From an uncultured Eubacteriales bacterium (GTDB taxonomy: Bacteria > Bacillota > Clostridia > Oscillospirales > Acutalibacteraceae), in contig CAKUAQ010000001.1 of NCBI GenBank assembly GCA_934636435.1, forward strand, positions 12,732 through 76,731: a stretch of DNA of 64,000 nucleotides, written 5' to 3'. Below are positions 45,031-54,633 of the stretch, piece by piece (the first letter of the stretch is position 1; every line of letters begins with the position of its first letter). A program made the position numbers and the translations under genes. The notes beneath the pieces were generated by a model. The model had not been told where the DNA came from. It did no database searches and saw nothing but the letters and a program-made list of their open reading frames with translations.

Positions 45031-46821
45031 ATGAACGCGCAAGAATGCGATGTGCTGAACGCTATTTTTCGCGATTCCTTTGTCAATCAGAGGATCCTTT
45101 CGGAAGAGTCCGGCCATTCTCTGGGAGTTGTCAATCGCTCGCTGAAGCAGTTGATGCAGGAGGGCTATATAGATGAATTGTATCGCCCGACGGAACAAGC
45201 TGTGACGGAGTATGCACAGAAAATGCCCCAAAGAGCCGTCATTTTAGCGGCCGGATTTGGTATGCGGATGGTTCCGATCAATACAGAAGTGCCGAAGGGT
45301 CTTCTGGAGGTCAACGGGGAGCCGTTAATTGAACGGCTGATCAAGCAGTTGCACGAGGTTGGAATTCGGGAAATTTATGTTGTTGTGGGATTCCTGAAGG
45401 AAAAATTCGAGTATCTGATTGACGATTACGGGGTTGAGCTGATTGTAAATCCCGCGTATGCCTCCAAAAACAACCTGCATTCCCTACAGTTGGCGAAGGA
45501 ACATCTGGAAAACTGTTATGTCATACCATGCGACATCTGGTGTGATGTAAACCCGTTTCATGAGCACGAAATGTATTCCTGGTATATGGTCAGTGATCTG
45601 GTGGATGACGATAGCGATGTGCGGGTCAACCGCAAAATGGAGCTTGTTACGGTGCCAAAGCAAAGCGCCGGAAACGCCATGATCGGTATCTGCTATCTGG
45701 CCAAGGAGGATGCTGTGGCCGTCAAACAACGGATCGAGGAGCTTTGCCGAAGCAGGCGGTACGATGATTCGTTCTGGGAAGAGGCCCTCTACGAGCAGGA
45801 CAGGATGACGGTGCAGGCCCGTGTTGTGCATTCGACCGATTGTGTGGAAATTAACACCTACGAGCAGCTCCGGGAATTGGATAGTCAATCCAACCAGCTT
45901 AAGACGGATGCCATACAGGTGATCTGTAAGGCGCTGTCCGCACGGCCGGAGGATATAACCAATATTGCTGTTCTGAAAAAAGGAATGACCAATCGCTCGT
46001 TTCTGTTTACCTGTAACGGGAGACGGTACATCATGCGAATTCCCGGCGAGGGGACCGACCGCCTGATCAACCGTCGGCAGGAGGCGGATGTATACCGCGT
46101 CATACAGGACAAACACATTTGTGACGATATTGTATATATCGACCCGGAGAACGGATATAAGATCACAGAGTATCTGGAAGGCGCCCGCGTATGCGATTCG
46201 TCGGATCCCGAGGATATAAAGAAATGTATGCGGCGTCTGCGGGAATTCCACGGGCTTAAACTGAAGGTCGACCACGGGTTCGACATTTTTGGACAGCTGG
46301 AATTTTACGAAGACTTGTGGGGGGGGACGCCCTCCGTGTACAAGGACTATGCGCGCACGAAAAGAAATGTGTTGGCACTAAAGCCGTATATTGATGCACA
46401 TGCAGGGGAAAAGGTGCTGACCCATATTGACGCCGTGCCGGATAATTTCCTGTTTGTCGAGAGAGACGGTGCCGAAGATATCCGCCTGATTGACTGGGAA
46501 TATGCGGGAATGCAGGATCCGCACGTGGATGTGGCAATGTTCTGCATCTACGCATTGTACAATAAGCGGCAGGTGGATCAGCTGATCGCGGCCTATTTTA
46601 CCGAGGGCTGTGACGCGGTTACCAGAACGAAAATCTATTGCTACATTGCGGTATGCGGTCTGCTGTGGAGCAACTGGTGTGAGTATAAGCGGAATCTCGG
46701 CGTGGACTTCGGCGAGTATTCTCTGTGTCAATATCGGTATGCGAAGGACTATTACCGCATTGTACAGGACGAACTGAAAAAGCAGACAGAAAGCGGGGAC
46801 GGCGTGTATGTACAAGGTTGA
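45031..46821 (+). CDS. Tripartite fusion: winged-helix domain + LicC-like nucleotidyltransferase + LicA-like choline kinase
   Basis: RBS AGGAGG. aa 1-50 NQRILSEESGHSLGVVNRSLKQLMQEGYI (wHTH-like), then AVILAAGFGMRMVPINTEVPKGLLEVNG (NTP-transferase), then C-terminal LTHIDAVPDNFLF and LIDWEYAGMQDPHVDVA (choline-kinase Brenner and ChoK motifs). Confidence 0.8.
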   Translation: MNAQECDVLNAIFRDSFVNQRILSEESGHSLGVVNRSLKQLMQEGYIDELYRPTEQAVTEYAQKMPQRAVILAAGFGMRMVPINTEVPKGLLEVNGEPLIERLIKQLHEVGIREIYVVVGFLKEKFEYLIDDYGVELIVNPAYASKNNLHSLQLAKEHLENCYVIPCDIWCDVNPFHEHEMYSWYMVSDLVDDDSDVRVNRKMELVTVPKQSAGNAMIGICYLAKEDAVAVKQRIEELCRSRRYDDSFWEEALYEQDRMTVQARVVHSTDCVEINTYEQLRELDSQSNQLKTDAIQVICKALSARPEDITNIAVLKKGMTNRSFLFTCNGRRYIMRIPGEGTDRLINRRQEADVYRVIQDKHICDDIVYIDPENGYKITEYLEGARVCDSSDPEDIKKCMRRLREFHGLKLKVDHGFDIFGQLEFYEDLWGGTPSVYKDYARTKRNVLALKPYIDAHAGEKVLTHIDAVPDNFLFVERDGAEDIRLIDWEYAGMQDPHVDVAMFCIYALYNKRQVDQLIAAYFTEGCDAVTRTKIYCYIAVCGLLWSNWCEYKRNLGVDFGEYSLCQYRYAKDYYRIVQDELKKQTESGDGVYVQG

Positions 46822-47527
46822 GAGAGCAATCATTATGGCGGCCGGACTGGGGAACCGGATGCATCCGGTGACGCGCTCGGTTCCCAAGCCGCTGGTGCAG
46901 GTAAACGGAGTGCGTATGATCGACACGGTGATCAACGGACTGCACAAGAACGGAATCCACAAGATATATGTTGTGATAGGATACCTGAAGGAGCAGTTTC
47001 GGGGATTGGAAACGGAATACCCGGGTGTACGGCTGATCGAAAATCCGTATTACGATACCTGTAACAATATTTCCTCTCTTTATGTGGCGAGGGAGCATAT
47101 TGAAAATGCGATCATTCTGGATGGCGACCAGATTATTTATAATCCTGCGGTGCTGTCGTCCGGATTCGACCGTTCCGGATACAACAGCGTGTGGACGGAT
47201 AGCGAAACGGATGAATGGCTGCAAACGGTGGAGAATGGGATCGTAACCGCATGCAGCCGAACCGGAGGTAAAGGCGGATGGCAGCTGTACAGCATTTCTC
47301 GCTGGACGGCAGAGGACGGGAAGCGGCTCAAACGCCATTTGGAGATTGAATTTGAGCAGAAGCAGAACCGGCAGATATACTGGGACGATGTCGCGATGTT
47401 TTGCTATCCGCAGGAATATCAGCTGGGAATTTATCCGATGAAGGCGGGCGACGTGATCGAAGTGGATAATCTGAGCGAACTGATCGCTCTGGATGCCAGT
47501 TACCGGATTTATGAGGAGGATACTTGA
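46808..47527 (+). CDS. licC: CTP:phosphocholine cytidylyltransferase (LicC-like)
   Basis: AIIMAAGLGNRMHPVTRSVPKPLVQVNG...VIGYLKEQF...YWDDV...IEVDNLSEL parallels pneumococcal LicC blocks as I recall them. Overlaps the upstream gene by 14 nt. Confidence 0.75.
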   Translation: MYKVERAIIMAAGLGNRMHPVTRSVPKPLVQVNGVRMIDTVINGLHKNGIHKIYVVIGYLKEQFRGLETEYPGVRLIENPYYDTCNNISSLYVAREHIENAIILDGDQIIYNPAVLSSGFDRSGYNSVWTDSETDEWLQTVENGIVTACSRTGGKGGWQLYSISRWTAEDGKRLKRHLEIEFEQKQNRQIYWDDVAMFCYPQEYQLGIYPMKAGDVIEVDNLSELIALDASYRIYEEDT

Positions 47528-47528
47528 A

Positions 47529-49082
47529 ATGAAAATCAAAAGTGAGCGCGGCAGAATTGACTGGATGATCACATTGGTGCCGCTGGCAATTGTGGTCGCA
47601 TTGTGCATTCTTTTCTTCTTTATGCCGGAGCAATCAAATGCGGTGTTAAGTCAGGTTCGGTTTTTCTTCGGTGATACCTTCGGCACCTATTATCTGGTAA
47701 TCGGGCTGGGAATTTTTATTCTGTCCCTGTACATTGCTGGTTCAAAGTATGGCAATATCGTTCTCGGAAAACCCGATGAAAAGCCAAAGTATTCTTTCTT
47801 CGCATGGGGCTCTATGATGTTTACTTGCGGGCTTGCCGCGGATATCCTGTTCTATTCATTTTCGGAATGGGTGATGTATGCGACGGATCCCCACCTGGAG
47901 GAAATGGGTAGCATTCAGGACTGGGCGGGGGTTTATCCTTTGTTCCATTGGAGCTTTATACCGTGGGGATTTTATCTGGTGTTGGCGGTCGCATTCGGTT
48001 TCATGCTGCATGTGCGCAAAAGGAACCGTCAGAAATATTCGGAAGCCTGTCGTCCGCTTTTGGGAAAGCACACGGATGGATGGCTCGGACGGATCATCGA
48101 CCTTCTGGCGGTATTTGCGCTCCTCGCAGGTACGGCAACGACCTTCAGCGTGGCGACTCCCCTGATGGCGGCTATCATCGGCGAGCTGTTTCATGTGACA
48201 ATCAGCCGCACGGTGATTAATATTATCATTTTGCTGATTACCTGCGCGGTGTACACGTATTCTTTGCTGCACGGCTTCAAGGGTATCAGCAAGCTGGCAA
48301 ACATCTGCATTTATATGTTCTTCGGACTGATTGCATACGTCCTGCTCTTTGGCGGAGAAATGCGGTATATCATTGAGACCGGCCTTGCTTCGTTTGGCCG
48401 CATGGTGCAGGATTTTATCGGATTGTCCACCTTTACCGATCCGTTGAGAACTTCCAGTTTCCCGCAAACCTGGACGATTTATTATTGGGCCTACTGGATG
48501 GTGTGGTGTGTTGCCGCCCCATTCTTTATCGGCAGCATCTCCCGGGGACGTACGGTGCGCCAGACGATCCTCGGCGGATATATGTTTGGGATCGGTTCAA
48601 CGCTGGCCAGCTTTGTGGTGTTGGGCAACTACTCCATGGGTATGCAGACCGCCGGAAAAGCTGATTTTATCGCCCAGTATCAGGAAACCGGCGATCTGTA
48701 CTCCATGATCGTCGGCATCATCAAAACGATGCCCTGTGCTCCGGTGATCATGGTTGTCGTGCTGCTGACTATGATCGCGTTTTACGCCACATCCTTCGAT
48801 TCGATCGCGCTGACGGCCTCTTGTTACAGCTATCATAAGCTGAAGGATGGGGAACAGCCCAATAAGGCTATCCAGCTGATGTGGTGCATACTGCTGATCC
48901 TGCTGCCGATCGCATTGCTGTTTGCGGAAAGCTCAATGACCAATCTGCAATCGGTCAGCATCGTGGCGGCGTTTCCAATCGGTATCGTCATCGTCATGAT
49001 TGCTGTGAGCTTTTTGAAGGATGCAAACAAGTATATAAAGAATCCGACGGATGCCATTGAGGAAGAAACAAAAACGGAATAA
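47529..49082 (+). CDS. BCCT-family (betaine/carnitine/choline) transporter
   Basis: WTIYYWAYWMVWCVAAPFFIGSISRGRTVRQ is the BCCT signature region, with about 12 TM segments. ATG lies 2 nt after the licC stop. Confidence 0.85.
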   Translation: MKIKSERGRIDWMITLVPLAIVVALCILFFFMPEQSNAVLSQVRFFFGDTFGTYYLVIGLGIFILSLYIAGSKYGNIVLGKPDEKPKYSFFAWGSMMFTCGLAADILFYSFSEWVMYATDPHLEEMGSIQDWAGVYPLFHWSFIPWGFYLVLAVAFGFMLHVRKRNRQKYSEACRPLLGKHTDGWLGRIIDLLAVFALLAGTATTFSVATPLMAAIIGELFHVTISRTVINIIILLITCAVYTYSLLHGFKGISKLANICIYMFFGLIAYVLLFGGEMRYIIETGLASFGRMVQDFIGLSTFTDPLRTSSFPQTWTIYYWAYWMVWCVAAPFFIGSISRGRTVRQTILGGYMFGIGSTLASFVVLGNYSMGMQTAGKADFIAQYQETGDLYSMIVGIIKTMPCAPVIMVVVLLTMIAFYATSFDSIALTASCYSYHKLKDGEQPNKAIQLMWCILLILLPIALLFAESSMTNLQSVSIVAAFPIGIVIVMIAVSFLKDANKYIKNPTDAIEEETKTE

Positions 49083-49252
49083 TCGCGGTAGCCGAATGTA
49101 TACACGCCTGTGCGGTTCGGCGAATGGCTGTCCGTATCTGCTAAAGGGGGTAAACCGGACCTGGTGTTGCAGGAAGAAGCCGCTGCCATCGCTCCGATAA
49201 TTGCAAATTCCACCAGGAGGGTGCCGATTGGATTGCATAAATGTGCCTGTGC

Positions 49253-49281
49253 TTGCAATTTAAGGAAAAGCGGAGTACAAT
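49253..49281 (+). promoter_or_regulatory. Candidate promoter of the sugar-kinase gene
   Basis: TTGCAA, 17 nt, TACAAT. Confidence 0.5.
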
Positions 49282-49332
49282 GAATATGCAGGAATCCGGC
49301 ATATATGCTGTTGCTTAAAAGGAGTGTGTACG

Positions 49333-50427
49333 ATGATTCAATTACGGGATAAGGAAAGCTGCCGCTACGACTGTCTGTCGCTGGGCGAGATCATGCTGCG
49401 GCTGGACCCGGCCGACGGCCGGATCCGGGGCGCCCGGCGGTTTGATGCATGGGCCGGTGGCGGGGAATACAACGTCACCTACGGACTGACCCACTGCTTC
49501 GGTCTGCGGGGCGGTGTGGTCACGGCGCTGGCCGATAACGAGGTGGGACATCTCATCGAGGATTTCGTTCGGCAGGGGGGCGTGGATACGTCTCTCATCC
49601 AGTGGAAGCCCTTTGACGGCATCGGTCGCACGGTGCGCAATGGCCTCAATTTCACCGAGCGCGGCTTCGGGGTGCGGGGCGCTCTGGGCGTGTCCGACCG
49701 GGGCAACACCGCCATCTCGCAGCTGAAGCCCGGCGAGGTGGATTGGGATCATATCTTCGGTGAACTGGGTGTGCGCTGGCTGCATACCGGCGGCATCTAT
49801 GCGGCCCTGTCCGAGAACAGCGCCGCCGTGGTGCTGGAGGCGCTGAAGGCGGCGAAAAAGTACGGCACGGTGGTGTCCTATGACCTCAACTACCGTCCCT
49901 CCCTGTGGAAATCCATCGGCGGTCAGGAAAAGTGCCGGGAGGTGAACCGGGAGATTGCCCGGTATGTGGATGTGCTCATCGGCAACGAGGAGGATTTTAC
50001 CGCTTGCCTGGGCTTTGAGATCGAGGGCAATGATGAGAATCTCACCTCCCTGTCGCTGGATGGCTATGCCGCGATGATGCGGCGGGTCATTGCGGCCTAC
50101 CCCAATGTGCAGCTCACCGCCACCACCCTGCGGACGGTGCATTCAGCCTCCTTCAACGATTGGAGCGCCATGGGCTTTGATGGCGAAAAGCTGGTGCAGG
50201 CCCGTTCCTTTGAGAATTTGCAGATCTTCGACCGGGTCGGCGGCGGCGACAGCTTTGCCTCCGGCTTGGTGTTCGGCATTCTGGATGGACGCGACCTGGA
50301 GGAGGCGCTGAATATCGGCGCCGCCCACGGGGCACTGGCCATGACCACCCCCGGCGACCTGACCATGGCCACCAAGGCGGAGGTTCTCAAGCTGGCCGGC
50401 GGCGGCAACGCCCGTGTGGTGCGCTGA
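49333..50427 (+). CDS. PfkB-family sugar kinase (2-dehydro-3-deoxygluconokinase-like)
   Basis: DCLSLGEIMLRLDP...GGGEYNVTYGL...GVDTSLI...VGGGDSFASGLVFGIL (PfkB signature 2). RBS AAGGAG. Confidence 0.7.
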   Translation: MIQLRDKESCRYDCLSLGEIMLRLDPADGRIRGARRFDAWAGGGEYNVTYGLTHCFGLRGGVVTALADNEVGHLIEDFVRQGGVDTSLIQWKPFDGIGRTVRNGLNFTERGFGVRGALGVSDRGNTAISQLKPGEVDWDHIFGELGVRWLHTGGIYAALSENSAAVVLEALKAAKKYGTVVSYDLNYRPSLWKSIGGQEKCREVNREIARYVDVLIGNEEDFTACLGFEIEGNDENLTSLSLDGYAAMMRRVIAAYPNVQLTATTLRTVHSASFNDWSAMGFDGEKLVQARSFENLQIFDRVGGGDSFASGLVFGILDGRDLEEALNIGAAHGALAMTTPGDLTMATKAEVLKLAGGGNARVVR

Positions 50428-50486
50428 CGGTGCCAAGCGATCCGCTAAAATCGATTTTGCACCGAAGATACCGACCGATCAGGCGG

Positions 50487-50525
50487 CCTTGCACCGGTTT
50501 TCCCCGGCGCAAGGTCGCTTTTTTC
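50487..50525 (+). terminator. Terminator of the kinase gene
   Basis: CCTTGCACCGG / CCGGCGCAAGG stem followed by TCGCTTTTTTCTC. Confidence 0.7.
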
Positions 50526-50613
50526 TCATTGTGCTTGAGGTATGCAGACGTGGATACACGTCGCCTACATGGACAAAGCCCCCGGTTTTTTCAAAAAAGT
50601 GCGAAAAAAGCAT

Positions 50614-50642
50614 TTGAAAATCAATTTTCCCCGTGGTATAAT
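50614..50642 (+). promoter_or_regulatory. Promoter of the MATE gene
   Basis: TTGAAA, 17 nt, TATAAT with extended TGG. Confidence 0.6.
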
Positions 50643-50663
50643 ACAGGCAACGAGTAGCAGAGA

Positions 50664-50700
50664 TGCGTAAGTCCAGTTTGGGCTTACGCATTATTTTTTT
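50664..50700 (+). terminator. Leader hairpin plus U-tract between promoter and MATE start (possible attenuator)
   Basis: TGCGTAAG (50664-50671) / CTTACGCA (50683-50690) followed by TTATTTTTTT. The RBS AGGAGGG lies 10 nt downstream. Confidence 0.55.
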
Positions 50701-50722
50701 GCGCTTTTAGGAGGGTATACCA

Positions 50723-52135
50723 ATGGAAAATCATGCATCCCCGCTGTTCGCCGAACCGATTGGAAAGCTCATGGGCCGATACGCCGTGCCTTGTAACATT
50801 TCGCTGCTTGTGGGCGCTCTGTACAACATTGTGGATCAAATCTTCATCGCCAATGCCGACTATCTCGGCTCCTACGGCAATGCCGCGAACACGGTTGTTT
50901 TCCCGCTTACGGTCATTGCGTTGGGCATTGCGGTGATGCTGGGCGACGGCTGCTGCGCCTTCGTCAGCCTGTCTCTGGGGGAGAATAAGCCGGAAAATGC
51001 CACCCGCAGCGTCGGAAATGCTCTGGTGCTTTGCGTGATCAGCAGTGTTGCGCTGACGGCAGTGTATCTGATCTTTGCCGAGTCGATCCTGACAGCCTTC
51101 GGCGGACGGGTCAATGACGAGACCTTTCGGTTGTCCAGGGAGTATTTCTTCTGGATCACTGTCGGCATCCCGTTTTATATGTTCGGGCAGGCGATGAATC
51201 CCATCATCCGCGCCGACGGAAATCCGCAATTCGCCATGCTTTCCACGCTGGCCGGTGCTGTGACGAACATCGTCCTCGACCCGATCTTCATTTTCGCCTG
51301 CCGGTGGGGGATGATGGGTGCCGCCGTCGCCACGGTGATCGGTCAGATCGTTACGGCGGCTCTTGCGGTATGGTATCTGTTCCGCGCAAGGATCATCCGG
51401 CTGCGCCGTGCGGATTTGAAATTCCGTGGCGAAATTGTCGGCCGGACGCTTTCGCTGGGTCTCTGCAGATTTCTGGCGCAGATATCGCTGGTTGCGGCGA
51501 TGATGGCCATCAACAATATGATCCGTCAATACGGCGCTGCGGACGAAATCTTCGGTCAGGCGGCGTATGCCCAGATTCCCATGGCGGTGGTCGGGATCGT
51601 AATGAAATTCTTCCAGATCGTTATATCCGTGGTGATCGGCATGGCGGCTGGCTGCATTCCCATCGTCGGCTTCAATATGGGCGCAAAGCTGTTTGATCGG
51701 GTCCGGGAGCTGTTCACGCGGCTGCTTGTGGCGGAGGCCGCTGTCGGGACGGTCGCGCTCCTGATCGTCGAGCTGTTCCCCCGGGTGTTGATACAGATTT
51801 TCGGTGCTGCAAATGAGAGCGTGTATTATACCGAATTTGCGGTCAAGGCCTTTCGGCTGTACCTGTGCATGATCGTTTTGGCCTGTGTCAACAAGGCTAC
51901 CTTCATTTTCATGCAGGCCATGGGTAAGGCCGCAGAGTCTACGCTGCTGTCCATGGTACGGGAAATCGTATTCGGTGTCGGCTTTGCGTTGCTGCTGCCC
52001 GTGTTTTTCGGACTGGACGGTGTGTTGTATTCCATGCCGGTGTCGGATATTCTGACCGCCGGGATTTCTGCCGTACTGATGGTCCGAACCTATCGGCAGC
52101 TCTCGGCGGCAGCGCGCGAAACGGCGCGGCCCTGA
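50723..52135 (+). CDS. MATE-family efflux transporter
   Basis: 470 aa, 12 TM. N-terminus IGKLMGRYAVPCNISLLVGALYNIVDQIFI is typical of MATE/NorM. Confidence 0.85.
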   Translation: MENHASPLFAEPIGKLMGRYAVPCNISLLVGALYNIVDQIFIANADYLGSYGNAANTVVFPLTVIALGIAVMLGDGCCAFVSLSLGENKPENATRSVGNALVLCVISSVALTAVYLIFAESILTAFGGRVNDETFRLSREYFFWITVGIPFYMFGQAMNPIIRADGNPQFAMLSTLAGAVTNIVLDPIFIFACRWGMMGAAVATVIGQIVTAALAVWYLFRARIIRLRRADLKFRGEIVGRTLSLGLCRFLAQISLVAAMMAINNMIRQYGAADEIFGQAAYAQIPMAVVGIVMKFFQIVISVVIGMAAGCIPIVGFNMGAKLFDRVRELFTRLLVAEAAVGTVALLIVELFPRVLIQIFGAANESVYYTEFAVKAFRLYLCMIVLACVNKATFIFMQAMGKAAESTLLSMVREIVFGVGFALLLPVFFGLDGVLYSMPVSDILTAGISAVLMVRTYRQLSAAARETARP

Positions 52136-52350
52136 TCCTGCGGCGGTGCGCGGCCCGTAGAATCAGCGATTGTATTGCCCGGGGCGGCTTTGTCCTTGAC
52201 GGGAGACCGAAAAGAGGAGGTATTGACGATATCAGGCCGGTGATCGACAGGGCTTAATAAAACACAAAAATATAAAATTCTGCTTGTGAGAAAGGACATC
52301 CTGTGCTATACTTGAACCCGGTGCTATGGCTTTTTCCTTCTGCGGGAAGG

Positions 52351-52524
52351 AGTACGTCGTGCTTACGCAGCGGTAGACGATTGAACGTCCCCCCCAAACA
52401 GCTGGGTCATGCAAGCAGGATAGCAACCATGGACCGGTATGTTCACGCCACGACTGAATCTATAAATCAGGCTGTGCGTCCATGGGAGTCCGGTAGGATT
52501 TGTGCTATAAAGGCCCACGTATAA
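52351..52524 (+). pseudogene. Relic of the C-terminal ~50 aa of a tyrosine recombinase/integrase
   Basis: [33 protein letters not shown] matches the ...G..pk.lq.lLGHs.i.tTmd.YvH... tail that carries the catalytic Tyr. Nothing upstream is recognisable. Confidence 0.6.
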
Positions 52525-52544
52525 ATGGCGTATAAATGGCGTAA
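52518..52544. repeat. 11-bp tandem direct repeat (2.4 copies)
   Basis: CGTATAAATGG CGTATAAATGG CGTAA at the end of the integrase relic. Confidence 0.7.
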
Positions 52545-52609
52545 GTCCCAAACACCATGATAGGCAAAGCGTTGATAAATCCAGAATTTTTAAGGAGATG
52601 TGGAGATAA

Positions 52610-53719
52610 ATGAAATTGGGAATTGTGGGATTACCGAACGTGGGCAAGTCCACACTGTTTAACGCCATCACCAATGCCGGGGCGCAGAGCGCCAATTTTC
52701 CGTTCTGCACCATCGACCCCAATGTGGGGGTGGTGGCGGTGCCGGACAAGCGGCTGAACCGTCTGCAGGAGATGTACACCGAGGGCAGCAAGGTACCGCC
52801 CATCGTGCCGGCGGTGATCGAGTTTGTGGACATTGCCGGTCTGGTGAAGGGCGCCAGCAAGGGAGAGGGACTGGGCAACAAGTTCCTCGCCAATATCCGG
52901 GAGTGCGATGCCATCGTTCATGTGGTGCGCTGCTTTGAAAATCCCGATATTATCCATGTGGAGGGCAGTATCGACCCTTTGCGGGATATTGACACCATCG
53001 ACATGGAGCTGATCCTCTCCGATCTGGAGATGGTGGAGCGCCGCATTGCCCGGGTGACCAAGGACCTCAAGGGGGACAAGAGCCTGCAAAAGGAGCTGGA
53101 TTTCCTCCACCGGGTGCAGGAAACACTGGAAGCCGGCAAACCTGCCCGGTCAGTCGTCTGCGACGAGGACGAGCAGGGGATGCTGAATACCATGACCCTG
53201 CTCACCGCGAAACCCATCATCTATGCGGCGAACCTCAGCGAAGGCGATTTCTCGGGAGGCGAGCCGAAGAATAACCCTCACTACCGGAAGGTGGCGGCGC
53301 TGGCCGAGGAGCAGGGTGCCGAGGTGCTGCCCATCTGCGCCCAGATGGAGGCGGACATGGTGGATATGGACGAGGAGGAAAAGCAGCTGTTTCTGGCGGA
53401 GCTGGGGCTGGAGCATTCCGGTCTGGATCGGCTGATCCAAAAGAGCTATCATCTGCTGGGGCTGATCTCCTTTCTCACCGCCGGCGAAAAAGAGGTGCGC
53501 GCCTGGACGATCCACCGGGGCTGGACGGCGCCCAAAGCGGCGGGACGGATCCACACCGATTTCGAGCGGGGGTTTATCCGGGCGCAAGTGGTGGCGTATA
53601 CTGACCTGATGGAGTGCGGCAGTCTGGCGGCCGCCCGCGCCAAGGGCTTGGTGCGCACTGAGGGTAAGGAATACGTCATGCAGGACGGCGATGTGGTGGA
53701 ATTCCTGTTCAATGTATGA
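52610..53719 (+). CDS. ychF: Ribosome-binding ATPase YchF
   Basis: [41 protein letters not shown]-terminal TGS-like [19 protein letters not shown]. Confidence 0.95.
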   Translation: MKLGIVGLPNVGKSTLFNAITNAGAQSANFPFCTIDPNVGVVAVPDKRLNRLQEMYTEGSKVPPIVPAVIEFVDIAGLVKGASKGEGLGNKFLANIRECDAIVHVVRCFENPDIIHVEGSIDPLRDIDTIDMELILSDLEMVERRIARVTKDLKGDKSLQKELDFLHRVQETLEAGKPARSVVCDEDEQGMLNTMTLLTAKPIIYAANLSEGDFSGGEPKNNPHYRKVAALAEEQGAEVLPICAQMEADMVDMDEEEKQLFLAELGLEHSGLDRLIQKSYHLLGLISFLTAGEKEVRAWTIHRGWTAPKAAGRIHTDFERGFIRAQVVAYTDLMECGSLAAARAKGLVRTEGKEYVMQDGDVVEFLFNV

Positions 53720-53843
53720 GCGGAGATCGTACCGGGCAGATGGTATGCCCGGAGTTTCATCGATAAAAAGGCACGAGAAACCGGCAGCGCATCATATCTG
53801 AAGTGATCCCAAAAGTCAGACAAAGAATTGGAATAAAAGCTGT

Positions 53844-54330
53844 TCAAGCAACCGAAAGGGCTTGCTGCCTGTGAATTGCAGGCGGCAAGCCCTTTAGCTT
53901 TGCCTTGATTCTGCGGTTGCTGTAATAATCCGGATATTCGATCAGCTCCTGCTTGAAGTGTTCCATGGATTGAAATTCCTGCAGATACAGCAGTTCACTT
54001 TTGAGCAGCCCGAAGAAGTTTTCCATCATCGCATTGTCCGGACAGCTCCCCTTGCGGCTCACGCTCTGCCGGACACCCTTCTCACGGAGCATCCGGTGGT
54101 ACTGCCAACCTTGATCGGAATGAAAAATACGGTCTGTTCCGTCCGGAATCCTTGCAAACGCCTTCTCCAACATGGTTTCCGCAACCATCTTTTTTGGATT
54201 CCGGCGTATATCGTTTATTCGGTACTCCTCTTGGGCGTAGAAAAACACCCCATTTATTAGTCCGGGTATTTTGCCATACCTGTCTAACCAATGGGGGCTG
54301 TTCATATCGGAGATCGTGCCGTGCCCGTCA
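53844..54330 (-). mobile_element. Truncated IS3-family (IS150-group) transposase OrfB relic
   Basis: IFHSDQGWQY..MLREKGVRQSVSRKGSCPDNAMMENFFGLLKSELLYLQEFQSMEHFKQELIEYPDYYSNRRIKAKLKGLPP is the rve/DDE C-terminal half. The N-terminal half and OrfA are absent, there appears to be a deletion after WQY, and no inverted repeats were seen. Confidence 0.7.
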
Positions 54331-54633
54331 AAACATAGGCCATGCCCGTGCGTATTGGTTTGCATGGCTTTTCCCGGGAGTGGCGGACAAGAAGAGGGAA
54401 AGCACGGCGCCCGCCGGGGCAATGCTTTTTCTTTTTGCTCATGGGGCACCGGGGGGGAATCGTCGGCCGCGGCGGCGGGGACGGCGACGATTCGGAGCGG
54501 CGAACGATTGGCGGTCCGGTGCGTCACCGGTGGCGCGCCACCGCTGCGCTATTGTCGCTCCGCTGACCCGCCGATTTCTGTTTTCCATCTGCTAAAGGCG
54601 ATCGACTAACGACCAACCGCCGACAACTAACGA

